A DNA stretch of 63,193 nt, filler included, from Rhabdomonas costata (GCA_019059605.1; 31 parts of 31 records of this genome joined end to end with filler, not necessarily neighbours in it), one strand, 5' to 3'. Shown: positions 22,121 to 34,806, numbered from the whole stretch's first letter. Numbers and translations: made by a program. The notes: a model not told the origin generated them from the letters alone.

Positions 22121-23796
22121 GGGTCTCCAGGGTGCGGACTGTTCTCTGCAACTCACTCTGTGCAGCTAGGGACTCGCTCAGCTGTGCCTTCAGCGCAGTC
22201 GTTTCCTTTGAGGCAGGGGGGGGGGGGAAGAAGCAGGGCAGACGCGAACTCAAAATGACAGCTGGATGGGGCTTAAGCCGAAGCACAGGAAACGGCTGCG
22301 CGCTGGTCCTGCACCCCAGGCCAGTCACTTCCATTTTTAGTTCGCGTCTGCCCTGCTTCTTCCCCCCACCCCACCNNNNNNNNNNNNNNNNNNNNNNNNN
22401 NNNNNNNNNNNNNNNNNNNTTAATTAATTAANNNNNNNNNNNNNNNNNNNNNNNNNNNNNNNNNNNNNNNNNNNNGGGCAGCTCTGTAACAACAAAAGGC
22501 GAGAATAACGAGAAAAACACTCTGGAAAACAAAGCTACCTGACGATTTTTGGATTTCTTCAACACCTAACATAAAATTTGAAATCCTAGACAAAAGAAGG
22601 GACAATCACCTTTCAAACTGCCGCTTTGTAACGCGCACCACTGTCCGTCTTCTCCGCCTGCACTGCGAACGGCGAAATTTTCTCTTCAGGGTTTTGATGC
22701 GCAAGAATTTGTGCGGGGTCAAACGATGACGCTTCAAAAAAATCACTCACAGGTGTCTTCGAATTCCAAAGCCTCCCTCCATTTACATTGCTTTGGGGAA
22801 ATCCTCAACGGAGCATCCCAAACGTTCAGTGGCCCTTCTTCTCCTTTGGGGGGGGGGGTTAAAACACCATCAGCAGCTTTATCGTTGTGGCAAGACGGAG
22901 CTGGCCGCCCGTCTTGACTACCTCACCAAACTCCTGCTGGACGCTCCGGCCAGAAGCCTTCATGAGGCCCAAAGGTTCCTTTTCTCTGCCTAGTAGTTCA
23001 GTTTTCGTTGTGGTCGCTCGCTCTTCTTGCTTCTAGTATGGACCTTCAATGTGCAGAAAAGATCTCAAAGAAAAGCAAATTTCACAAGCATCCAGGGGTG
23101 CGACAACCGGCCACGGCAGCCACAAATTCTATTGTAACGTTTCCGAAGCCGATGCAACCCGTTGCAACCTGCTTTCAACATTCCAAAAATCTCCAACACC
23201 AATACAAACCATCCTGTGTTTTTGTCTGTGTCTTTCACTCCGCGCGCAGTCTCGTGGACGTCAAGAGAGCGCAGGTAAGGAAAAAAGTTTGAAAAAAAAA
23301 GGGAGAATACAGCTTTTTAAAATTTAAAAAAACAGCGGTTTTTATAATCAAATTTTAGATTCCAGCTGATAAAGCATTAAAGTGGTATGTGGCGTTGTTG
23401 TGTAATTAGGACGTCAACCGTTGCGAGTGGAACTGTAAGCTTGTTGTTTGTTGGTGTGGTTCGTGTTTGTGGAAAGGCCTGAACACCGTGATGTTCAGCA
23501 CCCGTATTTGTGCGTAAAGGGAAATGACAAGGAGTAAACATTTCAGCCAGTTCCCTTATATTCCTGAATTTGACTTCGCCAAAACATCACGGTCAATAGC
23601 ACCCATTCCCCCTCATTTTTCGAGGGGTCGTGCAAGTTGGTCCCTGCATGCTTCAAACTTGAGGTGGGCTTTTCAACAAACCAACCCCACAAAAACTGTG
23701 ATGTACGGATCTTAAACAACACGCCCACACAGAAGTGCGTGACGTGCCTGGAGAGTGCGAGACAAGGGACAAGGTGGGGATGAGGGCGAGCGCGCA

Positions 23797-24415
23797 CCTT
23801 CCCCACCCCACCCTTCCCGCTGTACACAGCGATCACAGTGTGTACATCCACAGGACGCCGCCACGTCCGCCACCAGGCCCAGCGAAGGCTGCTCGTGCCC
23901 TCCTGTCTGTGGCCCTGCAGTAATGGTGGGAACAGTGGCCACGCGGACAAGGGCCTCAGTAACCCACGGCAGGGCAGTCTGGATCTGCGTCCGGCACTTC
24001 TCCAGAACCTCGGCGTGGTGGTCACAAGCCACCGGGGGGAGATGAAGCTCCACCTGAACGCACCCACACAAAGAGCTTTCCCAGAAGCTGAAATGCGCGA
24101 CAGTTGAATTTCGGGCGAACGTGGGCGAAGTAAAAAATGAAACCAAAAATGAGCCCCACAACGCGGACGCAACGGCAGCGGAGCTATGCCAACAAAAGAA
24201 AGAGCGAAGCCCCCGTAGGGTTTTTGCAACCGGGGCTCCTGAAAAAAGTGAATTGGTAGAAGCATCAGCAAAAAGGAACACAACAAGTATCCATGACATT
24301 ACAATGACTGAAATGATGTTGCACACGAACAGTGTTCCTTTTGTCAACGCGACATCGGATGACCTGAACAACTCCACCACGGTCCGCCCGCACGGGTCCC
24401 ACATAACCCACCCCC
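23797..24415 (-). CDS. Mrp/NBP35-family (HCF101-like) Fe-S cluster carrier ATPase, N-terminal fragment
   Basis: DUF59/MIP18-like VELHLPPVACDHHAEVLEKCRTQIQTALPWVTEALVRV is followed, after a frame break, by VHTVIAVYSGKGGVGK (deviant Walker A) ending at a GT donor. I could not find the next expected exon (ST...). Confidence 0.7.
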
Positions 24416-26679
24416 NNNNNNNNNNNNNNNNNNNNNNNNNNNNNNNNNNNNNNNNNNNNTTAATTAATTAANNNNNNNNNNNNNNNNNNNNNNNNNNNNN
24501 NNNNNNNNNNNNNNNGGGTGGGCCCTTCTTTGCTGCCTTTTTTTGTGTGGGGGGGATTTGTCGCTTCCTGGAGAATTCCGGTCGGCTTATTTTTTATCGA
24601 CACCGATGAGGTTGAGCGTGGGGGATGCTGACAGAAGATTATCTTTTGAAATAAGTAGATGTCTGATGACGTAACGAACCGCCACCACCCCCTGCCGCTC
24701 TCAACCAATAAAAGCGCAAAAGCAGTCACAGTGCAAAGTGGTCATTGGGGTGATGCTTATCTATTCCGCCTTCTCGCTTCGACCCTTTTCATTTTCATTC
24801 CTTTGCTTTTACCATTGCTTTTCTTTGTGTGGAATGCCTTATCTCCCTCTCAGGAACTGTCTGCGAAGCACACTTATAGCCCGCACGTTGGAGAGGCGGG
24901 CACCACCCCGAGGCAGTCGCCTCCCGTTCTGGCGTCGTTTTCGCCCGACGCGCTTGGCCCCAGGCCCCACCACTTGCTCCGCGCCACCACCGCTGGTCTC
25001 ACCACTCCCTCCCCCTCGAGCGGGGGACCGGAGCTTTGCAGTGGCCCTCCATCCCCTGTGCCTACAACACATCCCAGGGCTGGCTAGGGGGGTTGTTCAT
25101 TGAAGGATATTGGTGTGCGTGGGGTGCCGTGGGGTGTTGTAGAACTCCTTGTACGGTGCATAGTGTGGAGGGTGCGGCTTGGGCCTTGGACTGTCGCGCG
25201 GCAGGTTTGTGGGGCAAGGGGCCCGTGTGCCGCTGGTTGAAGATGATCTCGTGTGGTGTGCCTCTCTCGCGTGCTTGCGTGTCGTCTGTGTGTTGCATGC
25301 AACGTGGTACTCTGCTCTTTCCTCCTCCCTTCTTCTCTCCCTTTTTAGCTTACCGCTGCTTGGGAAACATACGGACTTGCTCAAACATCACGTTCTCTGT
25401 CTCTATCTCGTGGTGTGAACATAAGCTCACCTTCCTCTCTGTCTCTCTCTCTCTGGCGCGTATATGCATGGGATGACTGCCCCCATGCATACACGCAGCA
25501 GGCAGGCAGCAGGTCTTTATTCGCTTGTGATCAGTCCGTGGACGTGCCGTAAACGCTCTCCGGAGTCTACGCACTTTGAGCTTCCGCAAGTTGTTTTTTG
25601 GGCGAGGGGCTGCCTGCTCGGATTGTCCATGCTGTTCTGCTTATGCGACGCAGAAGCTTACTTCCCTGTGATTTGCAGATTTTATGGGGTCGGGCATCGG
25701 GATCTCCGTAACCCTCAGCCCCTTGGGCCCCCTTGGGCCACCCCCAGATCTCGCGAAGTGGGAGGTTTCCATTCCAGCCAGAACTGCCCTGACCGCTCTG
25801 ACATTATCTTGTATTTATGGATCCGTCTTGACAACATTCCCTTTCTGTCGCGAAGAGGAGAACCTGCCACCTGGCTGTATTTCTGCCCATCTGTCTCTTC
25901 TGGTGAAACGCACTGGTGCTCAGCGAGGCTATGTGCACTTAGCATCCACTCGGGTGGACCGTGGACCGGTCCCATGAGTACTTTTTTGTGCACAGACGTT
26001 TGTAATTCTTTGTAATTTCTACTTATTTCATTTTTTCGTGAAGATGAGTACCTCTATCAGACTTGTCCACTTGCCCTACTCCTTCTTCGGTGTGCATACT
26101 GGGTTCAGCCTTTGTTTTTCTTTTTGGCTTGATGGACGCATCAAGGGAGGTTGCGGGTGATCGCCCAAGAGAGGTGCCACCATAAAACCCAAACCCAAAC
26201 CTGTGCGCTTGCCTCGCCCCATTTCGCACAGGGATGGAGGAAGTCCTGGGACCCTATTGGATTCCTTCCAGCGCTTCCCCGTATGTTCTATTTTTTTTGG
26301 GTGGATGACGCAAACCCCGACCTCGCAGATGCTGCTAGAGGGCTAGACCTTTCACCACTGAGAAAAAATATTGAATAGAAAAAAGCATAAGAATGAAACG
26401 CCAGAGCGCACGAGTTAGCCAGACGTCGCCCCCCCACAACCCAAACACACCCACCACNNNNNNNNNNNNNNNNNNNNNNNNNNNNNNNNNNNNNNNNNNN
26501 NTTAATTAATTAANNNNNNNNNNNNNNNNNNNNNNNNNNNNNNNNNNNNNNNNNNNNTCTCTGGGGCCCGGCCCAATCTTTGGATGCGACCCTTTCAATG
26601 CTAGCGGCTTGGGTGGAGTCGGGGCACTTGTCTTGATATTTGGTTGTTTGTGCGATTGGGGTTCTGGGCGTTCGTGCAG

Positions 26680-27752
26680 GAATTTGTCGTGAGGAATCGC
26701 TTCAATCGAGCGGCGATGCAAGGACAGCTTCCGGTATACCCCTTTACTGTTTTATGCTCCCCGTGCAAATTCTCCCCGTTTATCTCCGTGTAGTTTTCAG
26801 TGCATTCGAATGTTGCTAAACATCGGATGGATGCATCTTCAGTCCCAGTTAATGTGATCATCACCGCTTTTTTGCAGGGCTCGGGGCGGAGGAATAAGGA
26901 GTGCGCCCCCCTTTCCCGCTTCGCGATCGACGTCTCCGCGCAGTTCTACGACCTGCTCTGTGCCCTGCTGATGGACCAGCAGTACGATCGGGCCATCCAA
27001 TACTTCAGCAGGTTTTTTGATTTGCATCCTCCCTATTTCCATCGATGTCATGCTTAGAGATGCATCCACACGGCCTCTCCCCGCGCTTTTTGCTGGCGAT
27101 GCTCCTAAATTTGATCCAAAGAGGATTGCGGAGTGCAGAGATTTGATCTTTTTGGGTCCGGAGTGTTCTCACGCATGATCCACAGCGTGGAGGGCGATGC
27201 TGCCAGCGCAGAACTTTCGGCTGCTGAGCAGAGACGGTCTTCAATTGCAGTGACTGCTCGCCGAAGGCAGTCGCTGGCTCGCCGGAAGTCCTCGGTATGT
27301 TTCGCAGCACGCCCGCCTGTCAGCACACACGCAAACATGAGGGTGGTATCTGAAATGTGGCAAAAACGCACCATCGTGCGCACACCCTGCTCAGCGTGAA
27401 AAGAAGCAGAAACCTGCTAAGGAATTGTGGCGTTTTGTGGCGTTTAACGCCACCGGTCAACCTTTTTCATAAAAAAGAGTATCTCTTAAATGTTACTTTG
27501 TCTGCCCCCTCCGCCCAGCACACCGCCGCTTCTGCCTTCCGGTTGCTCACAGGTGTACGAGGTAAAGACGCTGGACATCAACTCCACCAAGCTTAACCAG
27601 AAGATGCTCCAGTACGGCACCCTCTCTGTGGTGCTGCAGCTTCTGCTCCACGACTACGAACAGAAGATCTTCGTGGGTGTTCCCAGGGCTTTCGTGCTTC
27701 CTGAACTCTGGGCAGACCACCAGAGCGCTGTCCGCGCGGGTCTGCTCACAAG
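26680..27752 (+). CDS. Four exons of a hypothetical protein
   Basis: GC3-rich exons with compatible GT-AG phases: EFVVRNRFNRAAMQGQLP | GSGRRNKECAPLSRFAIDVSAQFYDLL...YFS | SVEGDAASAELS...RRKSS | VYEVKTLDINSTKLNQKMLQYGTL...GLLT. Family not recognised. Confidence 0.65.
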
Positions 27753-29514
27753 GTCTGGGAACGCGTGTGCTTACGACGCGCCTCATCTCAAAAGCGAGAA
27801 TTTTGACCAAAAACCGAAACTCTGAGGAAAGATGCACTGCAAGATGAACTGTAACGCTATCAGCAAAATATAGGGAATTTACGGAAGCGAAGGTGTTTTT
27901 CTGGTGTAAAAACGGCTCCAAGTTCAAAACAAAAACAGCCAGAAGGGTATGTGGGTGAGTATAATGTTCGTTGCTAGGGTTGATCTACAGCCCCCTGTTT
28001 CTAATTGAACGTATGCCTTATGCGAACAGTGCGTGTATTTATGTGTGGTTGGGGTTGTATGGGACGTTGACCGTGTACTGACCAGATGACGCTCCATGTG
28101 TATGCGTGCTCTCTCTCTCTTGTGACCTCTGCGCATGGAGCCCATGCAAGATCACCACCCTGAATCTGTCCCATGCCTCAAGAAAGAGAGCATCAGCACT
28201 CCTTATGATGATTAGTAATCCAAGAAAGGTTGGCGTAATACAATTGCATTATGTTTTTGTGCACTTCCTGTGCACTTCCGCAGCAAGGGCACTGAGCGAA
28301 TTTCGGTCCTTTTTACGATTCCCTTTCATGGTGCGAAAATAGGTTGGCCAAGCCGTTGGAGGACACCTTCTCGGCGGAGCAGCTCTCCTCTCATCTCTCC
28401 GAAGTTGCTCTTTCTGAAAAAGGTGCGGTGCCTTGCAGAACACAGGCCAAAAAGGATTGGGGTGAGAGGGAACTGGAATGACAACACCCCCCACACCCCN
28501 NNNNNNNNNNNNNNNNNNNNNNNNNNNNNNNNNNNNNNNNNNNTTAATTAATTAANNNNNNNNNNNNNNNNNNNNNNNNNNNNNNNNNNNNNNNNNNNNG
28601 GTGTTGTTGTGAAGGAATTCAGTCTCATGTTTTTTTGTAGGGCTCAGGTTTTTCAGGCCTTTTTTTTTAATAAACGCTTGACCAGTGGTGGCGTTTTAAA
28701 CACGTGGCGTTTTAAACACCTCACTATAGGCCCTCTAGGCCACACTCCCGCATCAGCCGCCCGCACCGGACCCCACCAACGCACGGCGCTGGCCTCCGCT
28801 TGCATTGAATCCCTCCCATTTATCGGCCAACGTGCAGCAACAGGCAACCAATATAAGCCTGCGGTACTTTTGTTTATGTGTCAGGTGGGTTGGGAGCGGC
28901 TCACCTCTTACTAAAACCCGGTTTTGTACCCACACGAAATCCTCTATATAAGTTCACCCAAAACCTTCTTCCCGCACCACATACCAGCTGCGGGACTGCG
29001 GCGGGATGTCCAACGCTAGTTGACGTGGGAATCGGCGTGTTCGCTGCAGAAAAAAAATACGCAAGGCGCGAAACAAAGAAAAAAGAAAAAAGCGTGGAGA
29101 AAACGGGGCCGGGACCCGCGGCACAGCCAAAGGTGCTCGGGCAAAAGAAAAAACCAGCACCTCGCAGTGGATTTCCCTCCCACTGCAATTGCAGCCGGAA
29201 TTCCAAGGGGAAACGTGTATCGCATTTCAACATCCTTCTTGTCCAGGTGACGACTTTGGGGAACAGGTCGAGAACCACTGCTGTCACATACCATTTACAT
29301 CACCAAAGCAAACCCTTTTGGATCTTGTGCCATGGGCTGTAATGCGAGTGTGCATACATGTGAGTGTGAGTGGGTCCGGCAAAAGCACAGCATAGGAATT
29401 GAAAGCCACCAAAAAGTGACGGACATGAAGGAGAGAATGGCGAATAGATGTAAGCTGTGGGAAAAGTTAGCAATCCCCCCCCCCCCGCCCCACATGCAGA
29501 CTCAGCCCGCTCAC

Positions 29515-30386
29515 CTGTGCAGCAGTCGTTGCGGCTGCATTGGAAGCTCTGGCACGGCGTGGAGAGGGCCTTGGGGGTGTACCCCACGGGGCACGTGAAG
29601 CTGGTCGCCCCGCACGTCGGGTGCGCTGTGCGGAGGGGGGCGTAGTTGGAGGACGAAAGGAATCCAATGGGTGCCACAGAGGCCTGATGAGTAAGTTTAT
29701 GCCGTTCTCTGGTCAGAATGGAGATAACATCTATCATTGATGTGAGCATGATATGCACTCTTGACCCGTTGCGAGTGTCGTCTTATGCTGTGGATGTTAT
29801 CTTGCTTGCTGCTCGCTACAGGCCACTGAACCACGTGCACAACTCTTCTGTCTCGCTCATACACAGCCTTGGGCCAAGCACTGTATAGCGACGTTCTTGT
29901 AAACAGACACCATTTGGACCCCAACAAAATGGGAAGCGCCCTATTCAACATCACTTCGATAAACGGAATGCGTTTAATCGATACAAGGGCAGCAAAAACT
30001 CACACATATCCTCCCCATCTACCCATTCCCCCACCTCCTCGCTGCCCGTGTCCCTCCTCCCGGCCAAACGTACCCACTTCGTACGTCACCGAGCCGTACC
30101 CCGACGACAAGTACACGTAGCTCACCGGAGTCGCCGCGAGGTCGGCGTAGCTCACCACAGGGCTGCCCTGCCCCACCACAGACCCGGGGCCCACCGTGAT
30201 CACCCCCCCCGCCCAGCTCACCCAGTACGCCGTAGCCGTGGGCAGCGACCCCTCCACCACCCCACTGGCGGGGTACACGTACGCCATCGTGCCCCCAGTT
30301 GCCGAAGAGCTGATGTCGATCTGGTAGGTCTGCGACCCATTCAAAACCCAATTCGAGGCACACCCATTCTGCACATCCATGCGGAC
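29515..30386 (-). CDS. Probable extracellular protein fragment: FAMeT-like (Methyltransf_FA) beta domain followed by a Cys-rich module
   Basis: Exon 30386-30074 reads ...YWVSWAGGVITVGPGSVVGQGSPVVSYADLAATPVSYVYLSSGYGSVTYEV. Exon 29625-29515 reads HPTCGATSFTCPVGYTPKALSTPCQSFQCSRNDCCT. Phase-1 GT-AG junctions. Confidence 0.62.
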
Positions 30387-30668
30387 CTGCAGGCCAGTTG
30401 CTAAACCGTAACTGACAACGATGACCATGGTAACCAATGAAAAACGCTGGCCCAAAACCGGGTCTGCCCCACTAACCCTGAAACCCACCCCATAGCCTCC
30501 TCCTTTACGGCTGTTAGAAAATGGAAACCACACCCAACACANNNNNNNNNNNNNNNNNNNNNNNNNNNNNNNNNNNNNNNNNNNNTTAATTAATTAANNN
30601 NNNNNNNNNNNNNNNNNNNNNNNNNNNNNNNNNNNNNNNNNGGTTTTGGTTCTCCCTCTGCGTCTCAG

Positions 30669-32349
30669 GTTGTGCCCGACTTGCTGGGGAATGATCCCGC
30701 ATTCTGCAATGTTGTGCACGCGGACGGCGCGGGGACGAAGTCCGTTTTGGCGTACATCTACTGGAAGGAGACCGGAGACCTCTCCGTGTGGAAGGTGCTT
30801 GCGCAGTTTTGAGATCTTGTTGGGGGAAAATTGATGAAGGGAAAGACTCAATCCGCAATTCGGAGAATTCTGGTTAAAAACATCTCACTTTCGGTGAATA
30901 GCCGTCAAATGCAGGGGGTAATGGGCTGATCCCCCGCCCCCGAGTCACTTTTCTTCATCCATCAAACCGATTATTGAACACCTTAAAGTTCTGCAAGATT
31001 CTTCTGGGCCGTTTGCGCGCTTCTTGGCGCCCTACATCTTCGATGTTCCGGCGTTCTCCGAACGGGCAAGAATTTAGTTCCGGAATTGCGCTGCTCCTAC
31101 TGACAATGTGAAATCCCAAACAAGCAATTTCTGATTGGAGGGGGGCTCTAAAAACAATCCTGGGTGGGCAGTAACCCTCTCGCCTCTTCCGTCTTTTCTT
31201 GACTGGGCTGCGCAGGGTATCGCCCAGGACGCGGTGGTGATGAACACCGATGACCTGCTGTGCGCCGGCGTGGTGGGGAACATCCTGCTCTCCTCCACGA
31301 TCGGCCGCAACAAGCGGCTTATCCCCGCAGAGGTGCAAGAGTGTGGTGAGCGGCTAAGTTGGTGATCTTTCAGCACTGGAACCATCAGCTGTTAACGGCA
31401 GCGACAAAAAAGAGCTCACGACCACTTCATAATCCCCAATCAAAGCAATCAGGGAGCAATCCATGCTCCCACTATATTTCTTTTTCTGCTACCGTTCCAT
31501 CAACCGATTTTTTTTTGCATTTCGTATTTTTTCTGAGTACGAAAATACAACAGTCAATTCAGGTTTTCAAAAACCGATCCGCAACGCAGCGACTTCCCCC
31601 ATGTATTTAGCACGGGAACAGTACGCGGCAATGGGGCTGCTCCTGCAATGGTTCGTGGTTCGGAAACACTCCAACAGAGTTCCGGAGAGCCCGAGCGTGT
31701 CAGGGTTTGCAGCTGCGAAGGCAAAGCCATGCAGAAACACAGAGACTTCAGCAAACCGACATACTTCCAACCGGACTCCCCGAGTCAACTTGCGATCCGA
31801 TTGTTGACCGTTAACCCTTAAACGTTATTGTTAACTGCTGACCACAGGTGGTGTCTGCGATCATCCGCGGCACTGAGGAGGTTCTGGCGGAGCTCCGGCA
31901 GGCCGGACTTCCGATTTACTCTACCGGTGGAGAGACTGCTGACGGTAGAAGTTGTGGGTGAGTGGAAGGGGAAAATGAAGGGATGCACAAGGCATCTCAA
32001 TTGTGGTTATAATGGCTTTATGAAGTTCTTTTCTCTGCGGAAAATCGGGGGGATGATCAAAGTTCTGAGTTTTGAGTTACTGAAGGTGAAGACGAGGGGG
32101 AGGCCAAAAGAAAAGTTGCAAGCGGGACTAGTCTCTGCATTCTTTTCGTATTCTTGGATGCAAGCCCCCAAGCAAGAGATGTTGAGTGTGCGAAGCTGGG
32201 GCGTGACTCTTTTCTTCAGTTGGGGACTTGGTGCGTACGGTGATTGTGGACTCAACCGTGGTGGCTCGGATTCCCCGCAGCGAGGTGATCTCCGTTCAGG
32301 TCGTGCCTGGGGACGTCATCGTCGGACTCGCTTCCTTTGGCCAAGCCAC
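30669..32349 (+). CDS. purM: AIR synthase (phosphoribosylformylglycinamidine cyclo-ligase), Bacteroidetes-type, four internal exons
   Basis: Exons 30669-30794 ([42 protein letters not shown]), 31216-31332 ([18 protein letters not shown]...[11 protein letters not shown]), 31848-31944 ([11 protein letters not shown]...STGGETAD) and 32220-32349 ([14 protein letters not shown]...[15 protein letters not shown]). All junctions are GT-AG and in phase. DGxGTK, MNxDD, GGETA and PGDVIVGL are PurM motifs. Confidence 0.93.
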
Positions 32350-34806
32350 GTACGCACCTTCTTCTTTTCTCAAAGAGACGGGGGGTCGAACGGACGGGGG
32401 AGGGGAGTGTGGAGTGACCCGCAATTCAATGATAATACATGATTTGGGGTGAGGGTTCAGCTGAAGTCATGCCAGCGAGTGCTGTCAACAGGCTTGTCCA
32501 CGTGACAGCCTATTGACTGCAAAAAATAGGACAAAGGCCATGACGAAGGACACGTGACTCCTCCTCCTCCTCCAAANNNNNNNNNNNNNNNNNNNNNNNN
32601 NNNNNNNNNNNNNNNNNNNNTTAATTAATTAANNNNNNNNNNNNNNNNNNNNNNNNNNNNNNNNNNNNNNNNNNNNGGTTGTTGGGATTGTTTTCGATTG
32701 CTTTTGGTCTCTAATATACGGGAAAGAATCGACAGCATCCGAGTTGCAGCAAGGTGCAAGAGATGTTGACCGTTGCTATTAACAATGGGCTGGTCCATGG
32801 TGGGATCGTCTCCACCCGCCTTCTTTTCTCCGTTCAGTCCTGCATCACAGCTTGCAGGGCAGTGCCAGTGGAATTTTCTTTTGAACAGCTCCACAGTGTC
32901 GTTGAGGCTTCCCGATGAACAATTGCAACGATTGACACGGCAGCCATTCTGATCCACTGGAACGCCTCCCGCAGCAGCGGCTCGGCCAGGCTGGAGGTGC
33001 CGTTCCTTTTCCATATCTCTCTCATCTCGGCTTAGTCTCTTCTTCCCTCCTTTCTTACATGTTAATGTGCCATCTTTAACGCTTAAGGTCATTTGACGAC
33101 AGCAGATGTGAGATGACGTAATGCTGCGAGGCAGCTAAACAAACTCGCACGTTTGCAGGGATTGGGGACGCCGGAATCGATAGCTTACCCTCTCTTCATC
33201 TCGTCCTGAGCATACCCTTAACCTATTGTCCATGCAACGTAGAAGAACAAGTGCAGTGCCCAGCTCGTGCCAATCAGCGGTTTCCTACGGCGGGTGCTTT
33301 GCATTTCCCGAAGACGAAAAAGACTGCACACTTCAAACTATTTAAACAGGGTTATATAATGTCGTAAGGTTTCCAGGATCCTTCCAAGAAATACAGCTCT
33401 GAACATCTATCTTACAGTTGCAGACATCTGCTGCCTAACAATGAAAAATAGAGAGGTGCAATGGAAAGTGGTGCAGGTTTACCATGCTATTGTAGCTGAA
33501 GTGGCGAGAAAGGTAGTTCAGAGCTTCCTAATGGGGCCATGTTTTCTCCAGGCATGCGAGCTGGCCGTGAGGATCGTCGCGCTGGTTCGATAGAATCCTT
33601 TCCGCGTGCAATTGGCAGTGTGCCACTAGATGGCGTGGTGTACCACCATTGGAAGTGAGGTCATGTCCCGCTTCATGGTGTGTTTGTGTGTTCCTTCATA
33701 GTGTCTTGCGTGTACATTGTCCGCGATGTGCACATATTGAGCCAGCGCCAGAAATGCCACCACTCAATATCAGGAGCCTGAATTGCCAAAAAAAAATACC
33801 GGGACGGGGGGATTCTACACGCATGCAGACAGCTGCCTTTTGTGGATGTGTAAATGAGTAAGTAAATGCGAATCCCCGAGTGATTTTAATATACATATCA
33901 CAATGCGCATGAGCGCACCCCCACGATGCACACCCCTCCTCTAAAACCATCGCACCCGCTCCACCTCCTCCATCTTTTCCATTTTCGAAGTGTGTGATTG
34001 TTTTCGAGTGTCCACACGCGCAAGCATTTCAATTCATCTCTACATCTCTAATTTCGTATTTTGTCCGTCACATTCATTAGATTTGTCAGAAATCTCATGG
34101 CATTATTCACTTCCTCTCCAATCTTTGTCCATATTTTTAGTTCTAGTCCCTTATCCTTGGCTCCGACTGTTTTTTGTGAGCGCTTTCTCCCTCTCCTTCG
34201 TTCATTCTCTTCCTGTTCAGGTTCTGCTCCTCTACATTCCTTGGTGAACCTTCCCTTCACATGCCCTCTTCTCTTGCCTCTCTCCCTGTCACTTAGTGGG
34301 CTCTTGTGTTATTTTGTAGTAAAAAAGATTATCGCATTGCCTTTTTGCGTACGCTGAACAATCCATGCGCTGGATTATTTGCGACAACAACAATCACTGC
34401 TTTTTTGTTTCTTTCTTGAATGCGAATCGGTGATTGCTTGGATCGTTGGATGGTGCGGTTGAGCTAGCAACCTTGCAGGTGTGTTTTCTCCAATTATCTT
34501 CTCCTCCGCTCCATTCGCGAAGGTCCTTGGGGAAATTATCCCCAGAGTCAGCGTGCTGCTGCGGATGAGAAAATAATTGGAGAAAACACACCTGCAAGGT
34601 TGCTAGCTCAACCGCACCACNNNNNNNNNNNNNNNNNNNNNNNNNNNNNNNNNNNNNNNNNNNNTTAATTAATTAANNNNNNNNNNNNNNNNNNNNNNNN
34701 NNNNNNNNNNNNNNNNNNNNGTTGTGAAATAGGTGGTGATGGTAATGGGGAAGAAGAATGGCAAGACATAAACAAGTGAGGCGTTCATCATCTCAACGGT
34801 CCGGTA

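Noticed and set aside
26431-26457. G/T-rich contig starts and C/A-rich contig ends, e.g. CCAAACACACCCACCAC here and CCACACCCAACACA at ~30528-30541
   Set aside because: The reverse complements resemble, from memory, the G/T-only universal primer of GenomePlex-type whole-genome amplification (TGTGTTGGGTGTGTTTGG). This is a technical remnant, not nanochromosome telomeres.
32677-32900. IVNSNGQHLLHL on the minus strand, reminiscent of a non-LTR retrotransposon APE endonuclease
   Set aside because: Single short motif with no GDFN or DH motifs and no RT nearby; insufficient support.
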